A model generated the notes under the pieces. It saw only the letters and a program-made list of their open reading frames with translations. It was not told where the DNA came from and ran no database searches. The position numbers and the translations under genes are program-made. This document shows, one piece after another, positions 10,499-20,715 of a DNA stretch of 23,919 nucleotides (positions within the stretch are counted from its first letter, which is position 1; each line of letters opens with the position of its first letter). The DNA is from Catajapyx aquilonaris (lineage: Eukaryota). Where the stretch lies: the NCBI GenBank assembly GCA_000934665.2, contig KZ538296.1:62001-85919 (forward strand), in the 5' to 3' direction.

Positions 10499-10751
10499 GG
10501 GCGACACGGTGGCGGAGTGGTTAGCGCCGCAGCCTTCCACCTCTAAGGTCCCGAGTTCGATCCCCGGGTCGGACGGAGGATTCTTATGTGGATAGAGTTT
10601 CGATGGGTTCTCTCCGTGTTCGCGTGGGTTTTCTCAGGGTTCTCCCGTTTCCTCCCGCTATCAAAATCCATCACAGCGCAGGCAATGATTAAAGTCGGTT
10701 AAATAAAAGATGATCCCCTAAGAGGCCCAAGGAGGCCTAGCACGGGGTATC

Positions 10752-10809
<58 letters not shown>
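10499..10809 (+). mobile_element. V-domain SINE, full-length copy 2 with a long (ATT)n tail
   Basis: Highly similar to 2108-2376. TSD ATTATTAATCATAT at 10484-10497 and 10810-10823. CpGs largely retained. Confidence 0.93.
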
Positions 10810-10818
<9 letters not shown>

Positions 10819-11192
10819 CATATTCGGAACATTAAGGTGCAGCCATTATTTCCTTCATTAAAATTCAAACACCTGTATCTTAAAAATCTGAAGCAATATT
10901 GAGCAGGTTTTAACTTGTATCGTTAGCTGGGACTCTCCTGAAGCCCCTGTCACTACTGCCAGCTCTTTAGCTCCAGAAGAACTAGCGCAAAAAAATTAAA
11001 ATGTAACAACTGTGCAGGTGTCCCCTATACAGGTGACACTCTGCATAATTATCTGGGTTAATCTACTACTGTATAGACAGTATGCTGCTTGGTTGAATCA
11101 AAATAATAAAACTTACCATATTATATTTTTACTTTGACTTCTCGTCTTCTACTTTAGTAGCCCTATTCTTCGTTGGCAAGACACATTGACAG

Positions 11193-11299
11193 TGGGTGGA
11201 ATTTTCATCCCACTACCAGTTACTGCTATAGCAGCACCAGTGTTGGCACTGGTACTGCTAAGTTAACAGTATCTAGCAGTGGGACGAAAATTCAACACA
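11193..11299. repeat. Imperfect fold-back hairpin of about 107 bp, probably an old mini-MITE
   Basis: GAATTTTCATCCCACTACCAG pairs with CTAGCAGTGGGACGAAAATTC. Inner stem TAGCAGCACCAGTG / CACTGGTACTGCTA. Confidence 0.7.
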
Positions 11300-11419
11300 T
11301 ATTTTCGCACTTTGATTTGAAATGTTATATTTTGGTGATGCTTGGATAATCTGCACCCGGATAATGTGTACTTTGGTTAAATGGTTGGTTGGTTGGTTGG
11401 AAGGTATTACCCCAGTATA

Positions 11420-12296
11420 CAGGGTGGCGCCGATAAATTAGGACTAATAAACAAGTCGATAGAAACGTTGTTAAAAATAGGAATAGATGATTTCAATGAA
11501 ATGAATTATGTCAAACATAAGTAGCCTACTGTGTCTGCAGTTTACATTTTTCAATGTGTCCACCACTGAAGAGTTCACAGGGCTTGGCGAGGATATCCTT
11601 TTTCATGTGGCCCATCACCTCGGAAACAGCAATCTTGACTCGCAACTAGGTATTGTTATGGACATTGTCAACCCCTCTCTCAAGTCTCAACAATACCACA
11701 CATGTAGTTGTCAAGGCGGTTGCAGTTTGGGAAGCTGTGGGGACATAAGTCCGACCCCCGGTGGTACCTTAGGTTCCTTATGCATGGCATCTGTCAGGAG
11801 ACGGCCAGTCCTCAAGAATAGGACTTCATCATAATATATCCTCTTTCACCATCTTGGAGATATAATTATGATCTTCTGGTGCACACCATTCATATGGTCT
11901 TGCCAGGGTCCTCTCCTTGTCAATCTTCTTGACAACTGTGGTGACAAACTCCTTGCCTCTCTTGGTGACACAGCAATGGGCATCATGCATTTTGCGTAAG
12001 GAAAGAACTCCTCCTGGTTCTCGGCAGCATCCGTTATTTTTTATCCAGTCAATCAGGATCTTTTGGGAGCTTGAGGAACTCCACTATCTCCTTGGGGGTC
12101 CTTTCGGTGCGGACAGCCACAATAGTAGTGGCTCTCGTCCTATTGGCTGGTCATGGTTCGGTTCACAATGTTGACCATGGCGGTCTTGTAAACCCGAAAG
12201 ACACAGCTTGTTGCTATACCAATCACAGTAATCTACATATTGTTGTCTTTGTACTGCTGACTGCAAAATGTGTCCTAATTTACTGGCGCCACCCTG
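11420..12296 (-). mobile_element. Internally deleted, decayed maT/DD37D-like element
   Basis: TA TSD and TIR CAGGGTGGCGCC..TAAATTAGGAC. Frameshifted minus-strand peptides RTPKEIVEFLKLPK, KMVKEDI, LCPHSFPNCNRLDNYMCGIVE (degenerate WPPNSPDCNPLDYYVWG) and GGHIE. Confidence 0.8.
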
Positions 12297-12351
12297 TATT
12301 ATATATCAGTGTGAGTGTGATTTGACATTGCATGTGCCACTTACAAATATA

Positions 12352-13430
12352 ATCCCCCTCAAAAACGCACTCGTAAAAAACGCGCCAAGTCGTCTGCCGA
12401 AAAAACCTGTGAGATAATGTCTGGGAGCCAAGCCTTGTCCACTCCGCCATACAAAGTCATGAGATCGTGGTGGACGCCAATCCTTTCTTCGAGGCTATAA
12501 GAAAAGTGAGATGACTTGGCCGGACTTGGTTCACGTGCACGAGGAACAATACGCGTTCAGTTCGCTGGAATTTGGTCAAGTTACTGTTCTCCCAATTTTA
12601 GCTGTACGACTCAATTTTCAAGTCTAATAAACCGCGATTGTAATCATGTGCGCTTCTAATCACGTGCGGTTCGAAGGTGACGTTTTGTAGTTCCTGTGTT
12701 ACGAATCAGAGGTCCAAGTATATAGGCCTGTGATACACCTACTGTGCAAGTTTCATGCAAATCTGACAGAGCCCACTTCATGCCCCCCCCTTGTGAGTAC
12801 AGACCCAACTGCACCGTTAACCAAGCCAACTGGAACAGAGAAGAGAGAAAGACACGTCTAGCCTCTAGAATTCTCCTTGCAACAATGTCAATACATTGGT
12901 ACTATAGAGACCATATATCATGTATTGGCATTGTTTAATTATTTTTTTTGAATTTTTTTCGTGTTTGAATGGCGTCAGTCTGGACCCAAGATGGGTGACT
13001 TACGGTTTTAGACTTTTCCTGGGGGTTTCAGATGAGGGCCAATTTTTGTACAAAATTTGGGATCTGTACGATAACTGGAATTGGCCAATCTTTTTGATTA
13101 TAGCCACCCCTATATATTTGTATACATATGAATCAGACAAAAAAAAGGCCAATTTGGGCCCCCTCCTGGCGTGGACCTAGTGGTCCAAATTTCACGAGAA
13201 TTTATTTGTAGGGTCCCTGGGTGTGCCCCATTGTCGTATTAAAATTTCAACCTTCCAGCATTTCCCTGTGCCGAACTAGAAAATGCCGAAATGTAGAGAG
13301 CGAGTGCGCTCGAGTCAAGGATGCACGGCAGCGCGAGACGTAAGAGTAAAGAGGGAAGGGGCTAATAGTCTGGGTCAGTGGCGGTGGAAGTTGCTTGGAC
13401 TTGGCGGATGCACTGCCGTGCATCTTGATT
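12352..13430. repeat. Unclassified CpG-rich, repeat-like patchwork
   Basis: CpG content is visibly above the flanks. Contains TE-terminus-like motifs (CCCCCCCCTTGTGAG, ATAGCCACCCCTA) and a short inverted repeat at 13315-13428. No matched ends found. Confidence 0.3.
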
Positions 13431-13493
13431 TGCTAATATGAAGGCTACTGGAATGCTTGCAATCTTGAAAGATCAAAGTGCTTAACCTTAAAT

Positions 13494-14104
13494 CAGCGGT
13501 TCTCAACCTTCGGCACATCGGGCCCCCCTGGAAAGTAATTTCAGATATCACGCCTCCAACAACCCCCCCCCCNNNNNNNNAATGCGACAGTAATAAGACT
13601 ACTTCACTACTAGTACATAGTCCAGTAAGTAGTTTAGGAATGTACAGAAGCAGAGCTTATTCTAAGGAATTTTTAGAACCGGATAAAGGCATGTTCAACT
13701 TGTCGTAATAGGGCAAATGAGCAAAGTGCCAGTAAGCCCACCAGAGGGGGGGAAAAAACAAATCAAGGTCACACAAGCTTAGGGGAATGTAACTGACAAA
13801 GTACAGTGGAATCCTATACTGTAAGCACATCGGATAGAAGCAAGTAGAAAGATCGGTCCCTTCATATTTCCAGCAATGCCAATGTACAAGTGCAGTTGAA
13901 TCCGGATATAACAGACTTATCTGACTGCACAAATCCGTATTCAGAACTGTACATTTGGCTTTTAGAACTGCACATATTGTGTAGAATTGCACGCTACAGT
14001 AAGCCCTGAGAAGGAGTTCTTACCTATTCAGTGCGACTTTTGTGCCTGTTTCAAGTCACGTAATTTTTTGATTCGCCCCGCGCCCTACCGGTTGAGAACC
14101 GCTG
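13494..14104. mobile_element. hAT (Charlie-like) non-autonomous element
   Basis: Perfect 15-bp TIR CAGCGGTTCTCAACC. 8-bp TSD CCTTAAAT / CCTTAAAC. Contains an N gap at 13573-13580. Confidence 0.9.
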
Positions 14105-14678
14105 CCTTAAACCTTTACGAAGGGACAAAGTCTAAAATTCTAGAAAATCATCCCAATCACTATAAACCTTGTGTAAAATTTTAATTGAGGTAACATTTTT
14201 AATTGGAGAAAAAAAAGACTTTAATGCTACCACCCTCCTTCAGTGACATCAGGGCCATTCCAGTTCACTTGTTTTTTTTTTGTTGTTTTTTAAGCTGGGT
14301 TATGCCCTGTCGGTATTAGGCATCTGGCACAATGCCTTTATTTACTTAATTGTACATGCATTGGACCTTTTTCCTGTAATGCCCAGGCACTGCAAGCATG
14401 GGATAGTTTCTGGAAGAGGAGGAAAAGTGCAAGTGCAATGTCATCTTGTTCATTCCCCTGGGTGGCTAGTCTACTGGAAATCCCACCCAAGACAATGCCA
14501 GCAATGATGAAACTCACATTAGATGAGAAAGAGAAACCCAGGCTTGGCAAAAAGCATGGGACCTGTCTATTTGTAGGAGAGAGCATTACATGGGCATAGA
14601 GGAAAATGTTTGTCCATTTTTTTGGGACATATGCTGAAGTACCTAATATTTACTTAGCATGCTGAATAGATTACCTAC

Positions 14679-14757
14679 CTACAGACTGATGATTGGATAA
14701 AAATAAAACTCTCTCCTTCTTCTTCCGAACTTCATCCCAATCTCCATGATAGTAAAG
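14679..14757 (-). CDS. AGPAT5: AGPAT5-like coding exon 2 (LYYHGDWDEVRKKKERVLFLSNHQSV), 79 nt; absent from the ORF track
   Basis: Acceptor ttatttgcag|CTT and donor GTAG|GTAGGT. Encodes the NHQS part of the catalytic HX4D motif. Phase 0 in and phase 1 out match the neighbouring exons. Confidence 0.92.
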
Positions 14758-15060
14758 CTGCAAATAAACAGTTCATTTTAAAATAAATTAAATACTTTAC
14801 ATGATAATTGTGGCATTTTATGACATAGTGATAGTCAACCCATGAATACACTCTGTCACCCTCTTGGCCCTGGGCTGCACCAAAGGTTGTCAAAGTTTTG
14901 ATTGACAAAATGTCTCTTGGAATGGGCTTATTCTTAACTCACAATATAATGTTCTCCTGGCCTATAATAATATACTTTATAAATCTGGAGACATCTTTTC
15001 TAACATCAAGAGACAACAGGAAAATTGTCTCCTAACCGTTTGCATACCTTTGCTTTCAAT

Positions 15061-15271
15061 GAGTACGTTTAAAGGGACTAAAAATCGGCCTAGCCTAGGC
15101 TAGGCGAACCGGTTTACTCCCATGTAGCAGCTGGGCCTACGATAGACCGGCCTTATCTGATCCGTTGTCGGGCGCAGCCCAAGCCTTTTGGGTCAGGTGG
15201 TCTACCTAAGGCGATGGCCTTGCTAAGGAAGCCTGGGTCAGGCCGATTTTTAGTCCCATGTCAAAGTACTC
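15061..15271. mobile_element. MITE of about 210 bp, possibly PIF/Harbinger-like
   Basis: TIR core GGGACTAAAAATCGGCCT / AGGCCGATTTTTAGTCCC with outer GAGTAC / GTACTC. TSD unclear. Confidence 0.7.
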
Positions 15272-15434
15272 TATATTTTTAGCTGTTTCTTTCTTCAGAT
15301 GCAGCACCTTATATTACATATTTTAAGGCTATGAATATGAAACCTATTCATATCTGTCCAATGTAACCCCGTTGCACCATTCTTCCCCACTAGAACATTC
15401 TACTTTTTAAACCCCCCCCNNNNNNNNNNNNNNN

Positions 15435-15705
15435 CCCGGTGATAGGGCTCGAAGCCCTTGTAGGGGGTGGCACACCACCATCAGTTTTCTATTGTAAATC
15501 CTTTTTCTTCACTCTCTGGTGCAAGGAATCAAGGATATTGGGTAAGGATAGGGATTTTCGGGGAGGAGACATGGGTGCAGGTGCAATGTCTCTGGTTTGG
15601 GCCGTGTGCAGTCCCCCAGGAGGTTAGGTTGCCAGACACCTCCAAGGTGTGGGTCCGAGACCCTCCCGACGCAGGTGAAAGGAAACTCACAGGCGAGAGC
15701 ATTCT
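15435..15705 (-). mobile_element. SINE family B, body and 3' part; head decayed, 3' end runs into the N gap at 15420-15434
   Basis: Shares GTCGGGAGGGTC...CACCTTGGAGGTGTCTGGCAACC.AACCTCCTG with 10010-10087. A weaker relative lies near 14400-14470. Confidence 0.7.
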
Positions 15706-16852
15706 ACTAGGAATATAAGAGCCATTCTTGGAGGTTGTAAGTGCTTTGCACAAATGACATGAAACCGAGGGCAGCCCAGGGGCATTTCAGAAGTGAATGA
15801 TCTATGTACAGTAAGTGAAGTCAGCTTCTCCTGATTGTTCATGTAGACTAGGTTTGTATTAAAAGTAGGATGATTAACATGTGTCAAGTTCCTCGCAGAT
15901 GTAAATAAATGCATTTTGGGTACCGGGTTCTGCATCTGGTGCTAAGTAAAAATGCTGATTCATTCTTAAAGACCACCTACATTCCATCATTGATCTCTAT
16001 CAACTTGTGAGGCTTACCTAATATTTCATCTTGATTCAGACACAAAAGTTTGACCCACTTCCAGCAGAAAAGGATCTCACTAACTTATCTTGTCCTAATT
16101 TATTTTTGGTCATTACTGTACCGTACAGAGAAAAATGGCATAAGACATGTGGTAATATTCACGATGCAAGTCAAACATTACTTGGCCTTGACTTTTAAAA
16201 CCACACTTTGCCTGATATATCTTCTAATAAAATGAACATATTGATGTCTAAACCAAAGCTCAAGTAGTCTATTAAACTGAATTATACAGGATCCAATAGT
16301 CCAGTCATCACTTAAGGTTATGTTGTAATCAATGGGACAATTTCAAACCTAGTGGTGTGGGGCTCTCTCATCCTGAGCCTTGTCTTGTCACAGGGTGGTC
16401 TTTTAAAATTTGCATCTATTTTTTGATGCACAAAATTGCTATTGGAAAGTAAAGTAGACTTTTATTGCCGTAATTTAGTAGCATCTGCACATAGCAGCAA
16501 GGTCGTGTAGCTAGACAACTCACGTAGAAACTCAACCATATGGAATACGTGTGGATGCAACTCTTTTCCAAATGATGGCAGTGTAGAGAGCTGGGTGTGG
16601 GGTGAGAGGATGGAGATATACTTTTCCATAAACCTCTTGTTATTTAAATGAGGGGAGTGGTTCCACACAATCAATGGTCAACCTTAGAGCAATAGTGGAG
16701 CCATAAGAAGTTATTTTTTGCACCCTCAACCTAAATTTTGGTGCCCAGTTGCCCAAAGGAAGTTGGTTGACCACACATGGACAGTTCCATCAACTCCTTA
16801 CTGTTGAAACCTTTAAGGACTTGTTACCTTAAGACCTTCGTAACCATTCATA

Positions 16853-17093
16853 TAAAGGATGATCCAGGCATGCAGGTCACTTTAGTTATAGGAAATTTCA
16901 CTCAAAGGTGGTTTTTTGTTGTTATAGCTTATTGCACCCCAATCCAGGTGCCCTATTATAAAGTAATTGCTATACTTGACCACCAAGGTATAATTGGGTA
17001 CCTGGATCAGGGCACAACACACTGCACAAAAATAACAACTTCGAGTGATATCAGCGATTAACTAAATAAAATCCCAATACTTGGAACACCCTG
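16853..17093. mobile_element. Old degenerate fold-back MITE with CAGGGTG-type ends
   Basis: Inner arms ATCCAGGTGCCCTATTATA / TATAATTGGGTACCTGGAT. Outer arms can still be aligned (TTTAGTTA..TCACTC.AAG). Right end GAACACCCTG. Confidence 0.65.
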
Positions 17094-17099
17094 CATATA

Positions 17100-17544
17100 C
17101 AGGGTGAAGGGATTCTTGCGCATGAGCACCAGGTAGACTAAGAGTACTAGCAAAACTAATATAGGGATGTGTAATTAGTTTTGGGTGCCATTGCATAGTT
17201 AATGCATGTGGCACCTTCAAAGTTTTGTGACGCCACATCTGCTCCGCCAGTTTCAAAAATGCAAAAGGCAGCTCGAGGGTCTCCAAATAATCTGACCTTG
17301 GCCCCATATCTCATTGTCCATGTGCAACAGGCAATCAAATCCCGTCAGAGTCAGAATCGAGGTGTGACACCCGTGCACCTTGTCGTTGTTTACCTCATAT
17401 GCCACCGTCTGACACTCTACACTTCAATGGCGTCTCACGCATTAACTATGCAACGGCACCAAAAACTACTTGCACATCCCTATATTCGTTTGGCAAGTAC
17501 TATCAGTCTACCTGGCGCTTATGCGCGAGAATCCCTTCACCCTG
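17100..17544 (-). mobile_element. MITE family A, copy 3, in opposite orientation and without nested insertions
   Basis: TA TSD and TIR CAGGGTGAAGGGATTCT. The interior is the reverse complement of the interiors of copies 1 and 2. Confidence 0.92.
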
Positions 17545-17550
17545 TATATA

Positions 17551-18333
17551 GAGGATGTTTCAAAATGATTGGATAAACATCTAGGGTGAGAAATGTCAGG
17601 AGAAGCAGATGATCACTTGATGTGGAGGTGTCATTTGGTTTTTGCACCCTCATTACTGATATAATTATCATTGATCAAAGAGTGCATCATATCATTCCTA
17701 TTTCATGGATGCAGATTGTGACACTTACATCACCTCAGCCACTGCCACTGCACTTAATCAGTTTGAAATTAAAATTAAAACAGTTACACCTTTGTATTAA
17801 ATTTCAAAGGCAAGGTCATAGGGAGGGCCACATACCTGCTAGGCCGTGCTAAGCTATTGTTTGCTCATGTTTGAGGCCCATTATTTTAGTAAAGATGCTG
17901 CAAACCCAAATGACATCTCTATGCAGGATGTTAATGAATTCAACAGACATATTTCTAGGGGCAATAGAGGGGACCAAAACAAACATATTTCATATAGGAA
18001 CCCATGTTTGGAAACACCATCTAGCAGGGGTCAGACACATCAGGTGGGAGCCAAGCAGACTGATTTAATCCAATCAATTAATAATTGAATTAAATCAGTC
18101 TGCTCGCCTCCCGCCTCTCACCTGACACGTCTGAGCTCACCCTTTCCTTGTCTATTGACCCTCTCTAGGTGGCGTTTCCGGACATGGGTTCCTATATAAA
18201 ATATGTTTGTCTTGGTCCTGTCTATTGCCCCTAGAAGTTTGTCGGTTGAATTCATTAACACCATGTATAAAGTGATCCAATGGTGCACAGCAGTTCATCC
18301 TAGATATTTATTTAAATCATTATGAAACACAAT
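17551..18333. mobile_element. Old CAGGGTG-type element hosting a nested fold-back
   Basis: Left end GAGGATGTTTCAAAATGATTGGATAAACATCTAGG versus right end CCTAGATATTTATTTAAATCATTATGAAACAC. Confidence 0.55.
17924..18265. mobile_element. Palindromic MITE related to 23268-23829
   Basis: Arms CAGGATGTTAATGAATTCAAC... / ...GTTGAATTCATTAACACCATG-TA pair to a centre near 18075, with an indel in one arm. Shares ATAGGAACCC.TGT..GGAAAC.CCATCTAG with the 23.3-kb element. Confidence 0.85.
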
Positions 18334-18584
18334 ATATTGGGGGCACCCCCTCCATCCAAAGGCATAAATAAAATAAAATAACAGTCCTGTGCCCTCATTT
18401 TGTATTTTCTCAACAAGTAATCATTTTTCTTGGGTATGGTAAAATACTTGGACCTAAATCACTCCCAATTTTTTCCAGATGGCAATCACATTTGATAGGT
18501 GGGTTGATCATCACTAATGTCAAATAGTGAAAGTTTAGTGCAATGTTCCTGGCTATTTGCAGCTTGTGACATTTGGTATGCTTA

Positions 18585-18673
18585 ACATATCGAGGGTGAA
18601 AGGTTAGAAGGGCGTATGAACCAATGTTAACAAATGAATCATACACCCTTCTGACCTTTCACCCTCAATATGT
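18585..18673. mobile_element. 79-bp mariner-type mini-MITE forming a 35-bp hairpin
   Basis: Arms 18585-18619 and 18639-18673 with 3 mismatches and a 19-nt loop. TA-TCGAGGGT terminus like the mariner end at 329-338. Confidence 0.75.
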
Positions 18674-18961
18674 GGGGTTGATATTGTTGAATACTTGCAA
18701 TAAAGACCCCAATTCACACACAACATAAGGAACATTTAATGCAATGCACGTATGTGCTCTTGGCTTAACAAGGTGTTCCAAGAAAAGGTATACAGTAGTA
18801 TCAAGAGAAGTGTGAGAGGTTGAAGTCCAAAACACTGTATACTATGGTGATGTGCCTCATGGATGTCCCCAAATGAATGGCATGTAAATTCCCTCATAAC
18901 ACAGTGCAATAGAGAGAGAAAACCTTCTTCATGAGGTGCATTTTGTTACATTGTACATCAC

Positions 18962-19180
18962 CTTGACTCCAGTGCAGTGCACAAAGAAGAATAGAACCAA
19001 GCGTTGATAGAGGGAGTAGAAGGCATCATCCACGCTTTGGTACACCCACTCAGGGAATGGCAAGGACAATATCCGCCATACTGCCCACATTCCATAGTAC
19101 ACAGGAGACACACCCAAGAGATACGCTGTGCTCACAACAAACTGAGCATAATTAACGGTGTTGCACACTTTCCCTATCAT
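18962..19180 (-). CDS. AGPAT5: AGPAT5-like acyltransferase, coding exon 1 (MIGKVCNT...FFVHCTGVK, 73 codons)
   Basis: ATG at 19180 in ggaccATG context. Translation resembles the AGPAT5 N-terminus (YQSVDDAFYSLYQRLVLFFFVHCTGVK versus vertebrate YQALDDRLYCVYQSMVLFFFENYTGVQ, from memory). Donor AAG|GTGATG, phase 0. Confidence 0.92.
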
Positions 19181-20644
19181 GGTCCCTGGAACTAAAGAAC
19201 ATATTGTTAGGATGAAGCCCTTCACATTTTATTCAGTTAACATTCGAGGTTGGGGAATAAAGGCTCAGCAGGTACAACTTCAGGCCATTGACTCCATCCA
19301 GTTTCCAAACTTATGTTGACTTAAGCAGCCTTGCCAGACCAACATGCAGCTGTGAAGCTGGATTGAAATGGACATTGCTGTCTTTACCTTTGGGTTGTTG
19401 TGGTTGGGATCCACCAATGAGTGCAACTGTGAATCAATAATAATCAGCTTATGCTGATAGTCGTAATCCCAAAACAAGGACAACACCCATGTAAATGCAG
19501 CTTAACAGCCACCTGAGAGGTAAGTCCATCATACACCTTGCTGGAGGACCAAACTTGTTAGTCTGACTTGACTTCCTTAAATGGTTATGGCAAAAATCTC
19601 CATAAAAAGTCCTTCCAAACCACTAAAAAATCAAGTGACTTACTCCTCAGGGATTCCTTAGCACATATCAGGCTTGACTATTAGGCTTGGTGGTAAAGGC
19701 CTCAAAAAATTTGTTGTTCATTTATACAATTCATTTGTTTGATAAATTTGCTGCAAAAAGTCCACCATCCAGAAATGTGCACAAGAGATTCGATTATCCT
19801 TTCCAAGTTTCTCCAACATAGTCCAGTATAAGCCTACCTGTATGCAAGGTCAGTGCATGGAAGAAATGCCCACTACAGCAATGTTAATATGCAGTGGGCA
19901 AGCTCAGATGCAGCCATCTGATAGTGCCCTTTACCATTGTTTTTGAACTGATTATATAATATGCAGCATGTAACAGTTTATTGCACTTTCTCACAACTCA
20001 CCTTGACACGCCCCCATATCTCATGAAGAAAAAAATGTGGGAATGTAGAGGTCCTGTCTCCTGGGCTAAGGGCAAGTATGGGGATGATTACAATGATGAT
20101 CAAGGCAGGTGAGAGTGCACTACAAACACTAAGGAAAGAAGTTATATTAATAACTTAATATTACCACTCATTTAATGTAAAGAATGCCAAAATTAACAGT
20201 AAATAATCCTTCACTACTAGAAATCATAACACTCCTACTTTTAATGGCATAGTGGAGTATAAAACAATGCTTTGGCCTTTAATAGGTAACAGTCCAACAA
20301 TTAGGCTACTAAACCCTAGCAGGTGCAATGACGCAATATGTAGCAAAATACATGGACAATAAACAATTGCAGGAGGCTTGCACAAATAAAATGCCCCAAC
20401 ACTCACAAATGCCGTACCTTTTGTTTCATGAATTGGTTCAGATCTATATCATTGGAACTCGCATGGAAGCCTCCTTGCATTCTCTAGCTCCTGACCTCCA
20501 ATGTGGTAAAGATATATGTATACCATTTGGAATGCCAAATAATATATTTCCAATGACATATAACCACTTGTTGGAAGCCCAGCAGGGGAGTAGTTTAGGC
20601 CACACACAACACACACAATCTTCATGGCATTGTCCCTAAGATGG

Positions 20645-20715
20645 GGTAGCCAGCGATGACTTGTTTAGTCCACAGCCATCCATATCTGACATCCTGAGTT
20701 CAATCCACAGCACAG
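20645..20715 (+). mobile_element. Decayed tRNA-like head of the V-SINE family
   Basis: TTAGTCCACAGCCATCCATATCTGACATCCTGAGTTCAATCC aligns with TTAGCGCCGCAGCCTTCCACCTCTAAGGTCCCGAGTTCGATCC. Confidence 0.5.

Noticed and set aside
13563..15434. Poly-C runs next to N gaps (13573-13580, 15420-15434) as G-quadruplex signals
   Set aside because: These are most likely assembly breaks at homopolymers, and the true sequence is unknown.
18266..18297. GTGATCCAA after the 17.9-kb fold-back resembles the element start at 23852
   Set aside because: It is better explained as part of the right TIR of the host element 17551-18333. The match is short.
19240..19960. Possible decayed coding or retroelement sequence upstream of exon 1
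   Set aside because: I could not recover any recognisable RT, gag or transposase motif by eye.
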